A DNA stretch of 34,829 nt, taken from assembly GCA_000934665.2 (NCBI GenBank), contig KZ539059.1, forward strand, positions 1 to 34,829, read 5' to 3'. This stretch comes from Catajapyx aquilonaris. Taxonomy: Eukaryota. The notes beneath the pieces were generated by a model. The model was given only the letters and a program-made list of their open reading frames with translations. It was not told the DNA's origin and ran no database searches. A program made the translations under genes and the position numbers. Below, piece after piece: positions 32,706-34,829 of the stretch (positions are counted from its first letter, which is position 1; the number at the start of each line of letters is the position of its first letter).

Positions 32706-32758
32706 GCCGCCATATTGGAACTCCAACCAATGGACTATAGGAGTTGTGCCGCCATGTT
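32706..32758. promoter_or_regulatory. PRDX5 upstream region with two YY1-like motifs and CCAAT boxes
   Basis: GCCGCCATATT (32706-32716) and GCCGCCATGTT (32748-32758); ATTGG at 32714 and CCAAT at 32727. Confidence 0.45.
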
Positions 32759-33129
32759 AGTCTACTCTCCAATGGATTCCATGTGAGACTTATATGGCCG
32801 TGGATATGGCCAATAGAATGCTTCTTTGCAATATCGTTTTGTGCACGCTTCCCAACCGCCGAGTTCAAATGTCGTGTACAGCAAAGAAAAGAGAAGGGAC
32901 CTAAAATATCAAGGTTCTCTCATCTTTGGTGTACAGCAGGGGGACATTCGCTTATCTAATCCAGTCCCAGGACAAAATTGATGAAATATCTAAATGCAGT
33001 TCAGCGTGCACCAAACAAGGCACCAAATTAGGGGTAGTAGAAATGGGAACTCCATCACCATCAGGGTTGTAATAACATAACTAACAAATTCGTTTTAAGA
33101 CTCCTTCAGTTTCATTTCCTATGCGGGCT

Positions 33130-33193
<64 letters not shown>

Positions 33194-34420
33194 TACGTCA
33201 TGGGGTTATTACCCCTTAGGACGGAGCACGGAGAGACAAAATTCAGAACACAATGATAGGCCTACAGTAGAACACAAGTATGTTTGAATAACATCATAGT
33301 ATATACCAGGGGGAGCTCAGTACTGCTGATATGCTAACAAATTATAATATAATATCGGCATTTTCCAACAACAGTTTTGCTTTATTAAAGAACACATAAT
33401 TTATAAATTTCCTGAGCCGGTATATCGTCCCACCTGACAGATTAAACTATATTCTAGACTCTAGAATATAGTTTAATCTGTCAGGTGGGACCGAAGGCCA
33501 TGATATGACATATGAGTAATGTTCTACTCGGGCCAGAAAAAAAAGGGCAAGTGTAAAACATATGGTGTATAGTAAATTCTTCTTTGATATTGCATAATTA
33601 ACAGTAGTTCTCTAAATCTAGCTGTATTTTGTATCCGTTTATATAGAACCAGGCGGATTCATTCTGGAGGTTAGCCACAAGTCTAATTGAATGTAGTGGT
33701 AAATTGTAGGTTACATAATTTTCTAGAAATAGGGAATTGTTAAGCAATACCTAATTGGATTGGATTGTTTAGGTCTGTAGGCTATAGTCCTGTTGAATTG
33801 TTGCATCAATATATGTGATTAGCATCCTTTGGATGGATATAGTCCCTATATTTTATAACCAGCCATGGATGGACATTCCCATTTTATTAAATTCTCTATT
33901 TACCAGCCATGTCCAACTTTTTATAGGATGGGACTTTGTGTTCGATAGTGCATATTTCAAACTTCTTTTAATTAGCAAGGTTGACTGTATATTTTATAGT
34001 TTAACAAGCCAGCTTATTAGATTTTTAATTATTTTTAATGCTAAAGGTCTGACCTGTCTCCAGCCTAACAAAATATCCCACAGTATTCTTAGACAACATT
34101 AGAAATTTTTTGATGAAGAAGGTCTGGATCTTCTCAATTAAGTCCAGATACTCAAATCCCTAAATAAATGCATTATAAAGAATAATTGATGCGATGAGGG
34201 AATCAAATAGCTTGAAGGCTATTGAGATTTGCCTTACTCTTAATTTGGTTAATACTGGCCACAGGGATGCTATCGCTGCTTTACCCTTGCTTTTGTTCTG
34301 CTGCCATCCGAAATTTACCTGAGCTGGAAAATACCACCCCAAAATAGTTGCAGCTGGATATTATCTCTAGCGGCTCGCCATTTAGGTTAAACTTACAGTT
34401 TTTTGGGAGCTCTATGCAGA
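33130..34420 (-). mobile_element. Truncated LINE (RTE-X/L2-like) 3' part with (TTA)n tail
   Basis: Minus strand KFNLNGEPLEIISSCNYFGVVFSSSGKF then KLFDSLIASIILY (RT C-terminus and thumb); (AAT)n at 33130-33190 marks the 3' tail. Confidence 0.75.
33427..33491. repeat. Perfect 65-bp palindrome (32-bp arms, 1-nt spacer)
   Basis: GTCCCACCTGACAGATTAAACTATATTCTAGA-C-TCTAGAATATAGTTTAATCTGTCAGGTGGGAC. Confidence 0.95.
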
Positions 34421-34829
34421 CTTATAAAATAGTCGATTGCTGAGCAAATCCCACAACCATCCGTTTGCTCATTCTGTGGTCTACTCGATCCCGTTATTAC
34501 GGGTTACTATCTCTATTGCCTGGGATCTATTCACCATTCAGGCAGGATTTGTCTACAAAAATTTTGGCTTCACGAAGTGTTTTTATTATTCCATATTTTA
34601 CATAATATAAGGGTCATTCCATGTCAAATCATCACAGTTTGGAATTAAAATAGGCCTTGACCCCTCAGATTTTGATGAAACTTGGTGTATCTAGTGTCCT
34701 TACATAGTTATGAATGAAAACCAAAAGAAATGATTTTTTTGGCCTACCATTCAAGAGTTATTAAATATTAAATATTCCAATTTTGACTAAAAATTGCTGC
34801 GTCTTGAAATACTCAAGTATTATTTTCTC

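Noticed and set aside
32744..32959. Head-to-head partner gene (TRMT112-like, as beside human PRDX5)
   Set aside because: The GCCGCCATG frame stops after 10 codons and shows no similarity to the TRMT112 N-terminus.

Overview
Eukaryotic genomic DNA from an intron-rich invertebrate, most likely an arthropod. It is not prokaryotic, and no CRISPR array, rRNA or true tRNA gene is visible. Four genes were reconstructed by hand: (1) an intact 11-exon CYP2-clan cytochrome P450 (+, 1107-5674, 499 aa); (2) a convergent minus-strand gene with three near-identical 42-aa kinesin-light-chain-type TPR repeats (5946-6989), with a probable signal-peptide exon at 7840-7995; (3) AMP-activated protein kinase beta subunit (+, 13144-25438, 271 aa); (4) peroxiredoxin-5 with a mitochondrial presequence and a second in-frame Met (-, 27958-32618). 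Introns and intergenic DNA are packed with often nested transposon relics: Tc1/mariner and pogo MITEs, a Sola-like element, a Transib-like element with RSS-heptamer ends and a 5-bp TSD, a Helitron, hAT, RTE-type LINE fragments, two tRNA-derived SINE families and a solo LTR in a microsatellite. The best leads are the recently expanded, possibly secreted TPR protein with an amyloid-motif-like tail, the RSS-like Transib element, and a decayed duplicate of the AMPKb/PRDX5 tail-to-tail junction. No novel multi-gene system can be demonstrated from the sequence alone.
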